A DNA stretch of 64,000 nucleotides. Origin: Candidatus Micrarchaeota archaeon (GTDB lineage: Archaea; Micrarchaeota; Micrarchaeia; Anstonellales; Bilamarchaeaceae). Made by a program: the position numbers and the translations under genes. The stretch lies in NCBI GenBank assembly GCA_038046805.1, contig JBBSVO010000004.1:64001-128000 (forward strand). The letters are read 5' to 3'. The notes below the pieces were generated by a model, which was given only the letters and a program-made list of their open reading frames with translations, had not been told where the DNA came from and made no database searches. Positions within the stretch are counted from its first letter, which is position 1. Each line of letters begins with the position of its first letter. Shown here piece after piece: positions 1 to 10,106 of the stretch.

Positions 1-157
1 TTTTAACAAATTCACCGTTTTTTAGCACTGGCTCACCTTGTTACTTGTATTTTAAATCTTTCTAGCAAATTGTTTATAAAACATCTGTTGAGCAGATAGG
101 ATGGGTAATACAATGGATTGAAATTTTTAAAAGAAAATTTCAAATATAAAAATCAAG

Positions 158-1252
158 GTGATTTTTATGGATAAAACTACTTTATTTCGGATATTCGCAA
201 TTTTGGTTGTGGCAGGATTTATTTTTGAACTGTTCGCATTCGGAGTAATCGGGAAGACAAGCGAACAGACGAATGGGCAGAATACCCAGGAATCAGCCAC
301 GTATAGTGGTTATTCAGAATATTACGGAACAATAAAAGCATACGAGCCATATCTCTTTGCAAAAGGGCTGGATTCTGGTCAAATAAGCGAAATAAAGGCG
401 CTTGGTGGAGTTGAGGACGTTGTTGCCATGTCAGGAGGGTACGTAATATCACTCAAAAATTCTGATTATATAAATGCAGTTTATTCCGGTGTTTTGGACA
501 AGATGATCAATTCTACAGTAATAGCAAATGTCGCCCTTCCTTACTCCATAGAAATTCTTGCGCAGGATGGAAAAAACAAAAGCGCGGCATCAAACGGCGC
601 TATCGTGAAAGTGGAAATGTCGTCCCCTCCAAATGTTGGCGAAAAGATACGACTAAAAATGACTGTTGAAATCCAGGAGGGAATCCTTGCAAGATATTCC
701 ACCCCCACTCTTGTACCAGAAGAGAAGATGCTCGCTGGGAATGGAATCATTTTATCAGAAACTTCCGTGACTACGATCGCACTTGTTCCCTGGGAAGAGC
801 GCAATAATGTAAATGTGGATGCCTTAAAGGAACAAATCGGAAACGACAGCGTAGCTTATTTAGCAAAGAATTATATTGGATTTGCGGATGAGAATTCTGC
901 CAATGCCGCAATCGGAAAGAACCTGTCTTATGTCGTTTCACTTAATACGGGAACCGCAACAATAAACGAGAATTTCACAGACAAGGCACAGGTTATTGCG
1001 GATTTGGGAGAGGGAATCGTATTTCCGGATTCAGTTTTGCAGGTTAAAGGAACAGATGGCGCAGATTTCCCAAAGATTTTCAAAAAGATGACATATTATA
1101 CTTATTTGGTTAATTCAACCGCTGCTGGAAGCGATACATTGGATGCAATTTCAGAAACAAAGCACACCTCAGGAGATGAAGTAAATCTGAGTGTTAAAGT
1201 ACTTGCAGTTGGAAACAAAATCGTGAATCTGGTTGAGGCGAAGATAAATTAG
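158..1252 (+). CDS. Membrane-anchored hypothetical protein (likely start ATG 167)
   Basis: 364-aa ORF; N-terminal hydrophobic helix; GGTGA SD before ATG 167. Confidence 0.75.
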   Translation: MIFMDKTTLFRIFAILVVAGFIFELFAFGVIGKTSEQTNGQNTQESATYSGYSEYYGTIKAYEPYLFAKGLDSGQISEIKALGGVEDVVAMSGGYVISLKNSDYINAVYSGVLDKMINSTVIANVALPYSIEILAQDGKNKSAASNGAIVKVEMSSPPNVGEKIRLKMTVEIQEGILARYSTPTLVPEEKMLAGNGIILSETSVTTIALVPWEERNNVNVDALKEQIGNDSVAYLAKNYIGFADENSANAAIGKNLSYVVSLNTGTATINENFTDKAQVIADLGEGIVFPDSVLQVKGTDGADFPKIFKKMTYYTYLVNSTAAGSDTLDAISETKHTSGDEVNLSVKVLAVGNKIVNLVEAKIN

Positions 1253-1348
1253 TCGTTAGCAGTTGGTGGTTAGCTTCTGGCGATTGACAATTAGTTGTTA
1301 GTCGTTAGTAACTACGGACTAATGACTAAAGGCTAACGGCTAAAAGCT
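1250..1348. repeat. 7-bp periodic inverted array (TTAGtcg)n...(ggCTAA)n
   Basis: ttagtcg ttagcag ttggtgg ttagctt ... ctaatga ctaaagg ctaacgg ctaaaag between convergent genes. Confidence 0.75.
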
Positions 1349-1880
1349 ACAAGCTAATTGCAAGTCTCTTCCTTATCTCCAACCGTTCCAGATACGCAGC
1401 AACTTCCTTTGGCACGCATTTCTTCCATTCATTCCCGCCAGTGAGGATATCTTTTCGGATTTTCGTGCCCTCGCAGGATTTTCTTTCGTAAAATTCGAAT
1501 TTTTCAGTGCGGATACCGCTGCGCGAAAACAAATAATGAACGAGCGGATTATTTGAATAAACAACTCCGAATTCCGGAAGATGGGAAACCAGATGTGCAA
1601 CCCATATATTATTGTTGTTGATGTCCCGCACCGGAACGATTATGAGACGTGAGAGGGTGCTAGTGGGAAAACATCTTCTTATCATCTCGACCCGTTCGCC
1701 CGCAGTCATAGGATTATCTGAAGAAATCGATTCCTCGGCACTGCCTATTGCAATTATTACTTCGTTATGCCTTTCGAGTAATTGATTGATTACCGCCAAA
1801 TGACCATTATGAAATGGTTGAAAGCGGCCGACAAAAAGAGCGCGTCCCGACACATTGACTTGGGTATTGAGACGACTCAT
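1347..1880 (-). CDS. nadM: Nicotinamide-nucleotide adenylyltransferase
   Basis: GRFQPFHNGH (HxGH) motif, SSDNPMTAGER, EGTKIR. Confidence 0.93.
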   Translation of the reverse strand: MSRLNTQVNVSGRALFVGRFQPFHNGHLAVINQLLERHNEVIIAIGSAEESISSDNPMTAGERVEMIRRCFPTSTLSRLIIVPVRDINNNNIWVAHLVSHLPEFGVVYSNNPLVHYLFSRSGIRTEKFEFYERKSCEGTKIRKDILTGGNEWKKCVPKEVAAYLERLEIRKRLAISL

Positions 1881-4800
1881 TGTATCACTTCCACTTGTTC
1901 TGGAGAACCTGCATGCGACCTCTGTTCAAGTCTTACCCCTACCAATTTCGACACGCCGCCAACCTTAGTCACTCCTAAAACCGAATCTGCAAGAGCCATC
2001 GTAGTGTCATTGTGAGATACAACCATAAACTGGGTTTTCTCGGACATACGCTTTATCAATTGCGCAAGGTGCTTGCTGTTGTCCTTGTCCAATGCGGCAT
2101 CAACCTCATCAAGAACATAAAATGGAGATGGCTTGAACAACTGCATAGCAAATATAAACATCAATGCGACAAGAGAATTTTCCCCGCCGGAAAGCGAATC
2201 AAGCGTATGCTCACGATTGTTTCTTTTGAGTTTAATATACATCCCGCTTTCAAATGGTTCTTCTGGCTTGTCAAGATAAAGGAAACCTTCACCAATGCTG
2301 ATATATGCAAACATCTTCCTGAAATAATCATTGACCGCATAGAATGTCTTGAAAAACGCATCTTTTTTCTTCTGTGAAATTTCGTCCATCATCATCAAAA
2401 TCGCCTTGCGTTCGTCATCAAGCGTTTTTATTTTTCCGCGTATTTCTTCTATCTCGGCCTTCTTTTTTCCATACATGTCTATCGCTGCCATATTCACATT
2501 TGTCATCGTGGTTATTGTTACTTCAGAAGACTTTACCAGAGTATGAAGTTCTTCTTTATTCATTGTGAGCGTTTCGTATTGTCCATGCCCGTCAAATTCA
2601 GCCTTTAAATCTGCAAGTTTTGTTTCCACAGTTGCTTTCTTGATGTTAAGCTGGTTCATATCTCTGGTAACGCGATCCATCTCTAATCTGGTCTTTTCCC
2701 GCTGCGCACCAAGCGATTGTAAATCAGATTCGTATTTCTTGATAGTTTCAAATATGCGCTCTATCTGTCTGCTTGTAGAGGAGATTTTCTCCTCTTGCTG
2801 CGCCAGCTCTTTTCCTTCATCTGTAGATGCCTTTTTCATTTCGGCGACGCGCGAACACGCATCCATTTTCTCCTGATGCATTACTTTTATTCTTTCTTCT
2901 AATTTGAAGAGCTCGTTCTTTCTAAGTTCTGCTTCCTTTAACTTGCCTTCGATTGTAGCACGTAAAGAGGAGACCTTTGCAGCAAGATCAGTTTTTTTCT
3001 TTGAAGTCTGGTCAGCACCTGAACGCTCTTTTTCCAGTTCGGAATCACGCCGTTCTTTCGCCTTAGATACATGAGTTTCCAGCTCAGAAACCAATTTGCC
3101 AAGTTTTTCTCCTTCTTTTGCAAGAGAATTCGCGGAAGCAAGTGCATCTGTAATTTCTGTTTCAAGCTGCTTTTTCCTTGCTAATGCCTTTTCCCGCGAT
3201 TTTACCATCTCACTAGAGCCGCGTAGTTCTATTTCTGCGCTCTTTGCCTTTACCTCCAGCTCTGCCTTTTTTGAACGCAATTTCGAAGCGGATTCGCGGC
3301 TATCCAGCAATTCCTGCATTATCGCTGCTTTTTCCTCTTTGACCTTGCTGATTTCACCCTCAATCTTTGTCAATTGAGTCGAAGCCAGAACACTAGATGC
3401 AACCTTTCCGCCACTGATTATTCCTGAACGTTCGAAAATCTCACCATCCAGGGTTACCATTCTGGCATGACGCAAACCTATGCGCTTTGCATCTTCCATT
3501 GAATCCACAAGAAGCGTTTCCGCAAAGACATATTCTACGGCGCGTGCAACATCCGAAGAATACTCCATAATATTAATAACCGATTTGAAGCCATTCATTG
3601 CTTCTGGCGGTTGCGCAGTTTTTACATCCTTAAGCGGAATAAAGGTTGCCCTTCCGGCCGAGGCTTTCTTAAGAAGCGTGATTATTTTTGAGGCAGTATT
3701 AGAGTCTTCGACAACTACGTAAAGCAGTCTATTCCCCCCTGCTGCTTCAATTGCAGAAGTATATTTAGAATCGAATCGAATCAAATCCGCAACGGTACCA
3801 TATATGCCGTCTACTGAACCTTTTGCCCTTAGGTCCTGAACGAATTTCAAAGCCAGGCTTGCCAGTGCTGGTGAGGACTGAACACGCATAACCGAGTGTT
3901 TTTCCCGCAGTTCAAGCAGTTTCCTGTCGAGTTCTGCGGATTCTGAATTCAGCTCTTTTTCCCGCTGAAATAAAGAGTCTATTTCACCTGCCAATTCTTT
4001 TACCTCTGCCTTCATTTTCTGGATTTTTTCCTCTGCCTTTTCATTTTCCAATTCCTTTGGAAGCGTTGAATCGATAGCATTTTGTTCCTGGCGCTTAAGC
4101 TCTGCGACTTCGTTCTTGGATCTAATTTCCGCTTCTAGAGAGATTGCATGTTCTCGTTTTAAGCGAAGGTCTTCTTCCTGGTTTGATATTTGCGTTTCAA
4201 GTTTTTCAAGCTCTCCACTTGACTTGAATGATGAGAATTTTTCATTTTCAGATTCCAATGCAACAAAATCTCTTTTCAGCTGTGCAATCTCCTTTTCAAG
4301 CTCGGAAACCGAGCTCTTTTTTCCAGCTGAATCAACGTTTAACCCGTTAATCTCTTTTTCAAGACGTTTTGCAAGCTCTTCTTTATCTTTTACCATCTGC
4401 TCTTTTGTTGCCAGAAGTGCCTTTAACTCCTCAATTCTTCTGATGATTCCTGCAGTCTGTTGTTTTGCCTGAAGCTCCTTGCTTGCATTTAGTCTTGCGC
4501 TATCAACACGCTTTATATCTGCTTCAGTCTTGGCAATTGCAGATTCCCGTTTTTCAATTTCTCCCTTGGTTTTTTGTTCAGATTCACAAACTTCTGTAAG
4601 GTCAGAATCCAGCTTTTTTATTTCCCGCTCCAGCAAGGTTCCTTTTGCATTCGCAAGATTCTTCTTTGCATCAACATAAACCAGGGCATCTGCACGTTCT
4701 CGCTCCAATTGTGCAAGAAACGCGTCTTTTTCGCCGAGAACAAGGTTCGCGTCCTTTATTTTGTTATTTACCTGTTCAAGCTCGCGCATTGCCTCGTCTT

Positions 4801-5278
4801 TTTTTGCCTCAAAATCAGAAATACCTGCAACTGAATCTATTATCTGGCGGCGTTCTTTTCCACCCATGTTGATAATGCGTTGGACTTCGCCTTGAGCAAT
4901 AGTATTTCTCCCGCTCTCATCCACGTTGTGCTTTTTTAGAAGTTCAATAATCGCTCCGCGAGTTGTTTTTACTCCGTTCAGTTTGTAGAGAATTTTTCCA
5001 TCGCTTCGAATTGCCCTTTTGATTTCTATTTTTTCATCGCCATCAAAATAAACAGTAACTTCCGCAGTATTTGTTCCTGAAAGGATGAGGTCTCTAACTT
5101 TTTTTGCCCGAAGAGATTTCAAGCTTATTTCCCCGCAGGCGAAACGAATGGCGTCTAGAACATTGCTTTTCCCTGAACCATTTGGGCCTGCAAGGCAAAC
5201 ATAGGTTCTCGGAAGCGTGACATCTACGAATTTAAATGATTTGAAATTATGGATTTTGATACGGGAGATAAACAACAT
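1877..5278 (-). CDS. smc: Chromosome segregation ATPase SMC
   Basis: FKSF, Walker A GPNGSGKSN, coiled coils, hinge (GRATFIPL, VTLDGE), LSGGE and LDEVDAALD. Confidence 0.97.
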   Translation of the reverse strand: MLFISRIKIHNFKSFKFVDVTLPRTYVCLAGPNGSGKSNVLDAIRFACGEISLKSLRAKKVRDLILSGTNTAEVTVYFDGDEKIEIKRAIRSDGKILYKLNGVKTTRGAIIELLKKHNVDESGRNTIAQGEVQRIINMGGKERRQIIDSVAGISDFEAKKDEAMRELEQVNNKIKDANLVLGEKDAFLAQLERERADALVYVDAKKNLANAKGTLLEREIKKLDSDLTEVCESEQKTKGEIEKRESAIAKTEADIKRVDSARLNASKELQAKQQTAGIIRRIEELKALLATKEQMVKDKEELAKRLEKEINGLNVDSAGKKSSVSELEKEIAQLKRDFVALESENEKFSSFKSSGELEKLETQISNQEEDLRLKREHAISLEAEIRSKNEVAELKRQEQNAIDSTLPKELENEKAEEKIQKMKAEVKELAGEIDSLFQREKELNSESAELDRKLLELREKHSVMRVQSSPALASLALKFVQDLRAKGSVDGIYGTVADLIRFDSKYTSAIEAAGGNRLLYVVVEDSNTASKIITLLKKASAGRATFIPLKDVKTAQPPEAMNGFKSVINIMEYSSDVARAVEYVFAETLLVDSMEDAKRIGLRHARMVTLDGEIFERSGIISGGKVASSVLASTQLTKIEGEISKVKEEKAAIMQELLDSRESASKLRSKKAELEVKAKSAEIELRGSSEMVKSREKALARKKQLETEITDALASANSLAKEGEKLGKLVSELETHVSKAKERRDSELEKERSGADQTSKKKTDLAAKVSSLRATIEGKLKEAELRKNELFKLEERIKVMHQEKMDACSRVAEMKKASTDEGKELAQQEEKISSTSRQIERIFETIKKYESDLQSLGAQREKTRLEMDRVTRDMNQLNIKKATVETKLADLKAEFDGHGQYETLTMNKEELHTLVKSSEVTITTMTNVNMAAIDMYGKKKAEIEEIRGKIKTLDDERKAILMMMDEISQKKKDAFFKTFYAVNDYFRKMFAYISIGEGFLYLDKPEEPFESGMYIKLKRNNREHTLDSLSGGENSLVALMFIFAMQLFKPSPFYVLDEVDAALDKDNSKHLAQLIKRMSEKTQFMVVSHNDTTMALADSVLGVTKVGGVSKLVGVRLEQRSHAGSPEQVEVIQ

Positions 5279-5332
5279 GCGCCTATTTCGGAGGTTTGGT
5301 TTAAAAAAGCTACTTTGGTTGAATCCGAAACC

Positions 5333-5794
5333 TTAAAACCCAAAAAATTCTTCGTCAATGCGTTTTGCGAATTCGCGCATTCTTCGCATTCTTCTGATTA
5401 AATCCTGTTCCAGTTCATCAAACGTCTGATCCATCGTTCTTCCACGTAGGTGGTATTCCCTTCCTTCTTTAACAATAAGCCCCTCGCGCATGAAAATATT
5501 CATATGATAAACCACTGCTGCCTGAGTTACATGGACCTTTTTTGTTATTTCTATTGTTCGCACTCCGCGCTCGTCTTTTTGTGCTTCAACAATTTCTTTG
5601 AAGATTTCATAGGCCAAACGATCTTTTTCCGGATCAATGCCAAAGCATTCGCAGATAAGTTCCAGAGCAGCTTCTGGATTCATCTCTTCTCCACGCGACA
5701 GTCTGGATGGAGAGATCTCTTTTAGCATTATTCCTTTTTCCTTTCCCCGGGCTTTTCGTTTTTCTGTTCTTGCCGCAATTGTTCCGCTCGTCAT
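5333..5794 (-). CDS. Winged-helix (ArsR-like) transcriptional regulator
   Basis: EITKKVHVTQAAVVYHMNIFMREGLIVKEGREYHL wHTH pattern. Confidence 0.75.
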   Translation of the reverse strand: MTSGTIAARTEKRKARGKEKGIMLKEISPSRLSRGEEMNPEAALELICECFGIDPEKDRLAYEIFKEIVEAQKDERGVRTIEITKKVHVTQAAVVYHMNIFMREGLIVKEGREYHLRGRTMDQTFDELEQDLIRRMRRMREFAKRIDEEFFGF

Positions 5795-5886
5795 GAGTTT
5801 AATTAAGAAACAATATATTTAAAAAGATTTGTTAAAATAATAAAAGATACTTTAAAATTTAAAGATATTGTCAAAAGGGTGATAAC

Positions 5887-6465
5887 ATATCAAACGATGC
5901 GCCGAAGGACATAAAGGAAACCAATGAGCTGCCAAAACATGATGAAGAGAAAAAACTCCCGCCTCAGCAGAAACACAAGATTCTTCCCGAACCTCATATC
6001 ACTGGACCGCAGCCAAAAGCTTTTCGGCCGGAGCTGAAAATAAAAGAACTTGAAGAGACGGTAAAAAGACTTCAAGCTGAATTTGAAAATTACAAAAAAC
6101 GGGCGGCAAACGAATATTCCGAAAGAATAGATTCGGGTAAAATGGAATTTGCAAATGAAATTCTTCCGTTTGCAGATGAGTTTGAAAATGCACTTCAGCA
6201 TGTTCGCGGGGAGGAACGTAAGGGCATTGAAATGATATTCACAACATTCATGAAATCTCTTAACCAATTGGGTATCAGGCCGATGCAATGTGATGGAAAG
6301 AAATTTGATCCGTATCTTCATGATGCGATAAAGCAAGAGGAAAGCAATGAGGAAGATGGAACCATAATCGCAGTTTTAAGAAAGGGATATTACTACAAGG
6401 ACAAGGTTCTGCGACATGCAGCAGTGATTGTGTCGAAAAAGAAAAAAGAGGATGACGCGATATGA
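5887..6465 (+). CDS. grpE: Nucleotide exchange factor GrpE (probable ATA start at 5887)
   Basis: The open frame upstream of ATG 6142 encodes the conserved RLQAEFENYKKR; also FDPYLHDA and KGYYYKDKVLRHAAVIV; SD GGTGAT at 5878-5883. Confidence 0.9.
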   Translation: MSNDAPKDIKETNELPKHDEEKKLPPQQKHKILPEPHITGPQPKAFRPELKIKELEETVKRLQAEFENYKKRAANEYSERIDSGKMEFANEILPFADEFENALQHVRGEERKGIEMIFTTFMKSLNQLGIRPMQCDGKKFDPYLHDAIKQEESNEEDGTIIAVLRKGYYYKDKVLRHAAVIVSKKKKEDDAI

Positions 6466-6587
6466 ACAAAACTGAAACAACTGATAAAAAACTCCAAGAA
6501 ATGAACGATGAGGAAATTCGCGAATTCAGAAAAGAAGCGAAAAAGATTATGATACGCCCGAGGAATGCAAGGGCAAATGCGATGTAA
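6462..6587 (+). CDS. Small hypothetical protein, 41 aa (MNKTETTDKKLQEMNDEEIREFRKEAKKIMIRPRNARANAM)
   Basis: ATGA overlap with the grpE stop; GAGG upstream; below the ORF-track cutoff. Confidence 0.5.
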   Translation: MNKTETTDKKLQEMNDEEIREFRKEAKKIMIRPRNARANAM

Positions 6588-6589
6588 TA

Positions 6590-6705
6590 TTTAGAAGGCG
6601 GCGTAATAAATCGCGCTATCGTGCGAAGCCGCCGGAACACAACGATAGTTTAGAAGGCGGCTAAAATAAAACGCGCCAGGGCGCGGGCCGCCGGCAAACG
6701 AGAAT
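6590..6705. repeat. Two tandem ~59-bp structured units
   Basis: Each unit reads TTAGAAGGCGGC-A-rich-CGCGC(N4)GYGCG-GCCGCCGG. Confidence 0.8.
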
Positions 6706-6732
6706 ATAAAATGATGTTAAAAGGTGATTTGG

Positions 6733-8634
6733 ATGACAACTGAAAAAATAATTGGAATTGATCTCGGCACCAGCAATTCGGCTGCAGCAGTCCTTGAAGG
6801 GGGACGCCCTGCAATAGTTCCAAGTGCTGAAGGCGCGAGCCAATATGGAAAGGCATTTCCGAGCTATGTTTCAATAACAAGTGACGGGCAAAGATTTATC
6901 GGAGAACCGGCAAAAAGGCAGCTTGTCGCGAATCCAGACGGAACCATAAATGCATTCAAAAGAAAAATGGGAACTGATTACAAATACAAGATTTTTGGAA
7001 AGGAATACAGGCCGCAGGAACTCAGTGCGATGCTTCTTTCGAAAATAAAACAGGATTCTGAAGCATTTCTTGGCCAGCCGGTGAAGAAGGCGGTCATTAC
7101 GGTTCCGGCCTATTTCAATGACAATCAAAGGCAGGCAACAAAGGATGCGGGTGAAATCGCTGGCCTTGAAGTCGTACGACTTGTGAATGAACCCACTGCT
7201 GCATGTCTTGCATATGGATTGGATAAGACAGACAAAGATATGAAAATCATGGTTTTTGACCTTGGTGGCGGAACTCTTGATGTTACAATAATGGATTTTG
7301 GCGGAAAGGTTTTCGAGGTTAAATCCACAAGTGGTGATACACAGCTTGGCGGAACAGATATGGACAAGGTTCTTGTAGATTATCTTGCAGACCAGTTCAC
7401 AAAAGAAAGCGGAATTGATATAAGAAAAGACAACCAGGCAATGAAACGAATTGCAGAGGCTGCGGAAAAGGCCAAAATTGAACTTTCCACAGTTTTGCAG
7501 ACAGATATTAGCTTGCCATTCCTTGCATCGGACGTAAATGGGCCAAAGAATTTCCAGCACACACTCACAAGGGCAAAGTTGGAAGGACTCGTTCGCCCGA
7601 TAATTGACAGATGCAGGCAACCGGTTGAACAAGCACTTCGCGATGCAAAGCTCTCTCCTTCACAGGTTGACAAAATAATCATGGTTGGTGGACCAACAAG
7701 AATGCCGATTGTGCAAAAATTTGTAGAAGATCTTGTCGGTAAAAAGGTTGAACGGGGAGTTGACCCAATGGAATGCGTTGCAATAGGCGCAGCTATCCAG
7801 GCAGGGGTACTTGCTGGTGAAGTAAAGGATATTCTTCTTCTGGATGTTACTCCGCTTTCGCTTGGGATTGAAACCCTTGGTAGCGTAGCAACAAAGTTGA
7901 TTGAGCGGAATACTACAATTCCGACTAAAAAAAGCCAAACGTTCTCTACTGCTGCAGATATGCAGACTTCTGTTGAAATTCATATACTACAGGGAGAAAG
8001 GGCAATGGCAAAGGACAACATTTCACTTGGAAAGTTCTCTCTTGTTGGAATACCACCCTCACCACGCGGAGTACCGCAGATTGAGGTTACCTTTGATATA
8101 GATGCAAATGGAATATTACATGTTGCAGCAAAGGACCTGGGTACTGGAAAAGAGCAGACAATGAAGATTATTGCGCCGAATAAGATGGATAAAGGAGAAA
8201 TAGAAAATAAGATGAAGGATGCAGAACAGTATGCTGAAGAGGATAAGAAAATCCGCGAACTTGCTGAAGCAAAAAACGAGCTTGAAGCAATGATTTACAC
8301 TGGTGAAAAAACCATTTCGGACCTTGGAGACAAAATTACACAGGCACAGCGTGATAAGATAAATGAAACGGGTAAAAAAGCAAAGGAAATCCTGGCCACA
8401 GACGATCTTGCGAAGATAAGGACTGAAATGGAAAACCTTAAAAAAATCCTCCAGGAAATCGGAAGCGAGATTTATCAAAAACAGGGGGCGGGGCAGACTG
8501 GGCCTGGTAACGGACCCGATTCCGGGCCAACGATGCGAGACGGTGAAGATGGCGGAGATAGTCCAAAATCCGGAGGTTCTGGTTCCGATTCCGGAGATGA
8601 TAAAACGCAGGATGCGGAATTCAAGAAGAAATAA
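6733..8634 (+). CDS. dnaK: Chaperone DnaK (Hsp70)
   Basis: [42 protein letters not shown] supports ATG 6733. Confidence 0.99.
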   Translation: MTTEKIIGIDLGTSNSAAAVLEGGRPAIVPSAEGASQYGKAFPSYVSITSDGQRFIGEPAKRQLVANPDGTINAFKRKMGTDYKYKIFGKEYRPQELSAMLLSKIKQDSEAFLGQPVKKAVITVPAYFNDNQRQATKDAGEIAGLEVVRLVNEPTAACLAYGLDKTDKDMKIMVFDLGGGTLDVTIMDFGGKVFEVKSTSGDTQLGGTDMDKVLVDYLADQFTKESGIDIRKDNQAMKRIAEAAEKAKIELSTVLQTDISLPFLASDVNGPKNFQHTLTRAKLEGLVRPIIDRCRQPVEQALRDAKLSPSQVDKIIMVGGPTRMPIVQKFVEDLVGKKVERGVDPMECVAIGAAIQAGVLAGEVKDILLLDVTPLSLGIETLGSVATKLIERNTTIPTKKSQTFSTAADMQTSVEIHILQGERAMAKDNISLGKFSLVGIPPSPRGVPQIEVTFDIDANGILHVAAKDLGTGKEQTMKIIAPNKMDKGEIENKMKDAEQYAEEDKKIRELAEAKNELEAMIYTGEKTISDLGDKITQAQRDKINETGKKAKEILATDDLAKIRTEMENLKKILQEIGSEIYQKQGAGQTGPGNGPDSGPTMRDGEDGGDSPKSGGSGSDSGDDKTQDAEFKKK

Positions 8635-8656
8635 GTTGGATTGGTAGGCTGACCAG

Positions 8657-8956
8657 ATGACTTCCAAACAAAATTATTACGAAATTCTTGGTGTTTCAGA
8701 GAACGCTAGTGACGAAGAGATAAAAAAAGCGTTCAGAAAACTTGCACTTCGATATCATCCGGATCGCAATAGCAATGCAGCTGCAGAGGAAAAATTCAAG
8801 GAAATAAGCGAGGCTTATTCAATTCTTATTGGAAAACAAAAAGAGCCGGTAAGATACCAACGATATGATTCGAGAGTATCTGAAAGCTGGGAAGAAAGAG
8901 TCTTTAGGGTTTGGCATGAAATTGCAAATCGTAAAAATGATAATTCGTACAGGTAA
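8657..8956 (+). CDS. Stand-alone J-domain protein
   Basis: NYYEILGV...YHPDRN...[11 protein letters not shown]; no zinc finger or C-terminal domain. Confidence 0.9.
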   Translation: MTSKQNYYEILGVSENASDEEIKKAFRKLALRYHPDRNSNAAAEEKFKEISEAYSILIGKQKEPVRYQRYDSRVSESWEERVFRVWHEIANRKNDNSYR

Positions 8957-8960
8957 TTAG

Positions 8961-10106
8961 ATGGCTACTAAAAGGGATTATTACGAAATTCTTGGAATTC
9001 CTAAGAGCGCAAGCGCCGATGAAACAAAAAAAGCATATAGAAAGCTTGCGTTAGAATTTCACCCAGACAGGAACAAAAACAAGGATGCAGAAGCCAGGTT
9101 CAAGGAGATAAGCGAAGCATATGCCGTACTTAGTGATTCGGAAAAACGTAGCGCGTACGACCAATATGGCCATGCGGGATTTGACCAAAGATATTCCCAG
9201 GAGGATATTTTCAGAAACGCGAATTTTGAGGAGTTTGCAGATATTCTCAGGAATTTTGGGTTTGGTGGCGGTTACGGACGTGGCGGAGGAAGGCAGGACG
9301 ATCCATTCTCTTCAATGTTTTTTGATTTTGGCGGGGCAAGTGGAACGCGCGGAAGAAGGAGACGCGAAGTTGGCGAGGATCTTCAAACTGAAATACAGAT
9401 TACGCTTGAAGAGGTTGCAAAGGGAACAACCCGCGAAATTGAAGTTTCGCACAACAATGCATGCGACAGATGTAAAGGAAGCAGGGCAGAGCCAGGAACG
9501 AACTCAATAACGTGCGATAAGTGCAAAGGAAGTGGAATGGTTTATGTAAACAGAAGATTAGGCCCTATGATTGTGAGAAGTGCCTCTGCGTGCAACTCAT
9601 GCTATGGAGAAGGAAAAACAATCCGACAGTTCTGCTCGCGATGCAATGGCCGCGGAACAATGGAAAAACATGAGAAAATAGATGTAACAATACCTGCAGG
9701 GGTTGAAGATGGAATGAACCTGCGCGTTCGCGGGATGGGGCGATATGGGAAGGATGGCTCAGGAGATTTGTACGTTTATATCAATGTAAATCCGCACGCA
9801 CAGCTGAAACGTGATGGAGAAGATGTTTATTTTGAAACAAAAATAAATTTTATTGATGCCGCACTTGGTACAAAAATTGATGTTCCAACTATTTCCGGAA
9901 AGGCAGAGCTGAAAATCCCTGCAGGAACCCAGCCTGAGACGATTTTCAAAATGAAGGGCGAGGGCATTCCAAGCATGAGAAGCGGAAGAAAAGGGGACGA
10001 ACTGGTTAAGGTCAATGTTGAAATTCCCAAAAATATATCCAAAAAACAAAGGGAATTGCTTGAGGAATTCAAAAAAGAGGATGGAAAACTGTTCGGGGTG
10101 TTTTAG
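8961..10106 (+). CDS. dnaJ: Chaperone DnaJ
   Basis: J domain with HPD, G/F region, four CxxCxGxG-type repeats, C-terminal domain. Confidence 0.98.
   Translation: MATKRDYYEILGIPKSASADETKKAYRKLALEFHPDRNKNKDAEARFKEISEAYAVLSDSEKRSAYDQYGHAGFDQRYSQEDIFRNANFEEFADILRNFGFGGGYGRGGGRQDDPFSSMFFDFGGASGTRGRRRREVGEDLQTEIQITLEEVAKGTTREIEVSHNNACDRCKGSRAEPGTNSITCDKCKGSGMVYVNRRLGPMIVRSASACNSCYGEGKTIRQFCSRCNGRGTMEKHEKIDVTIPAGVEDGMNLRVRGMGRYGKDGSGDLYVYINVNPHAQLKRDGEDVYFETKINFIDAALGTKIDVPTISGKAELKIPAGTQPETIFKMKGEGIPSMRSGRKGDELVKVNVEIPKNISKKQRELLEEFKKEDGKLFGVF

Noticed and set aside
6871..7632. 253-aa antisense ORF (and 8116..8667)
   Set aside because: Shadow ORFs opposite dnaK, a well-known artefact
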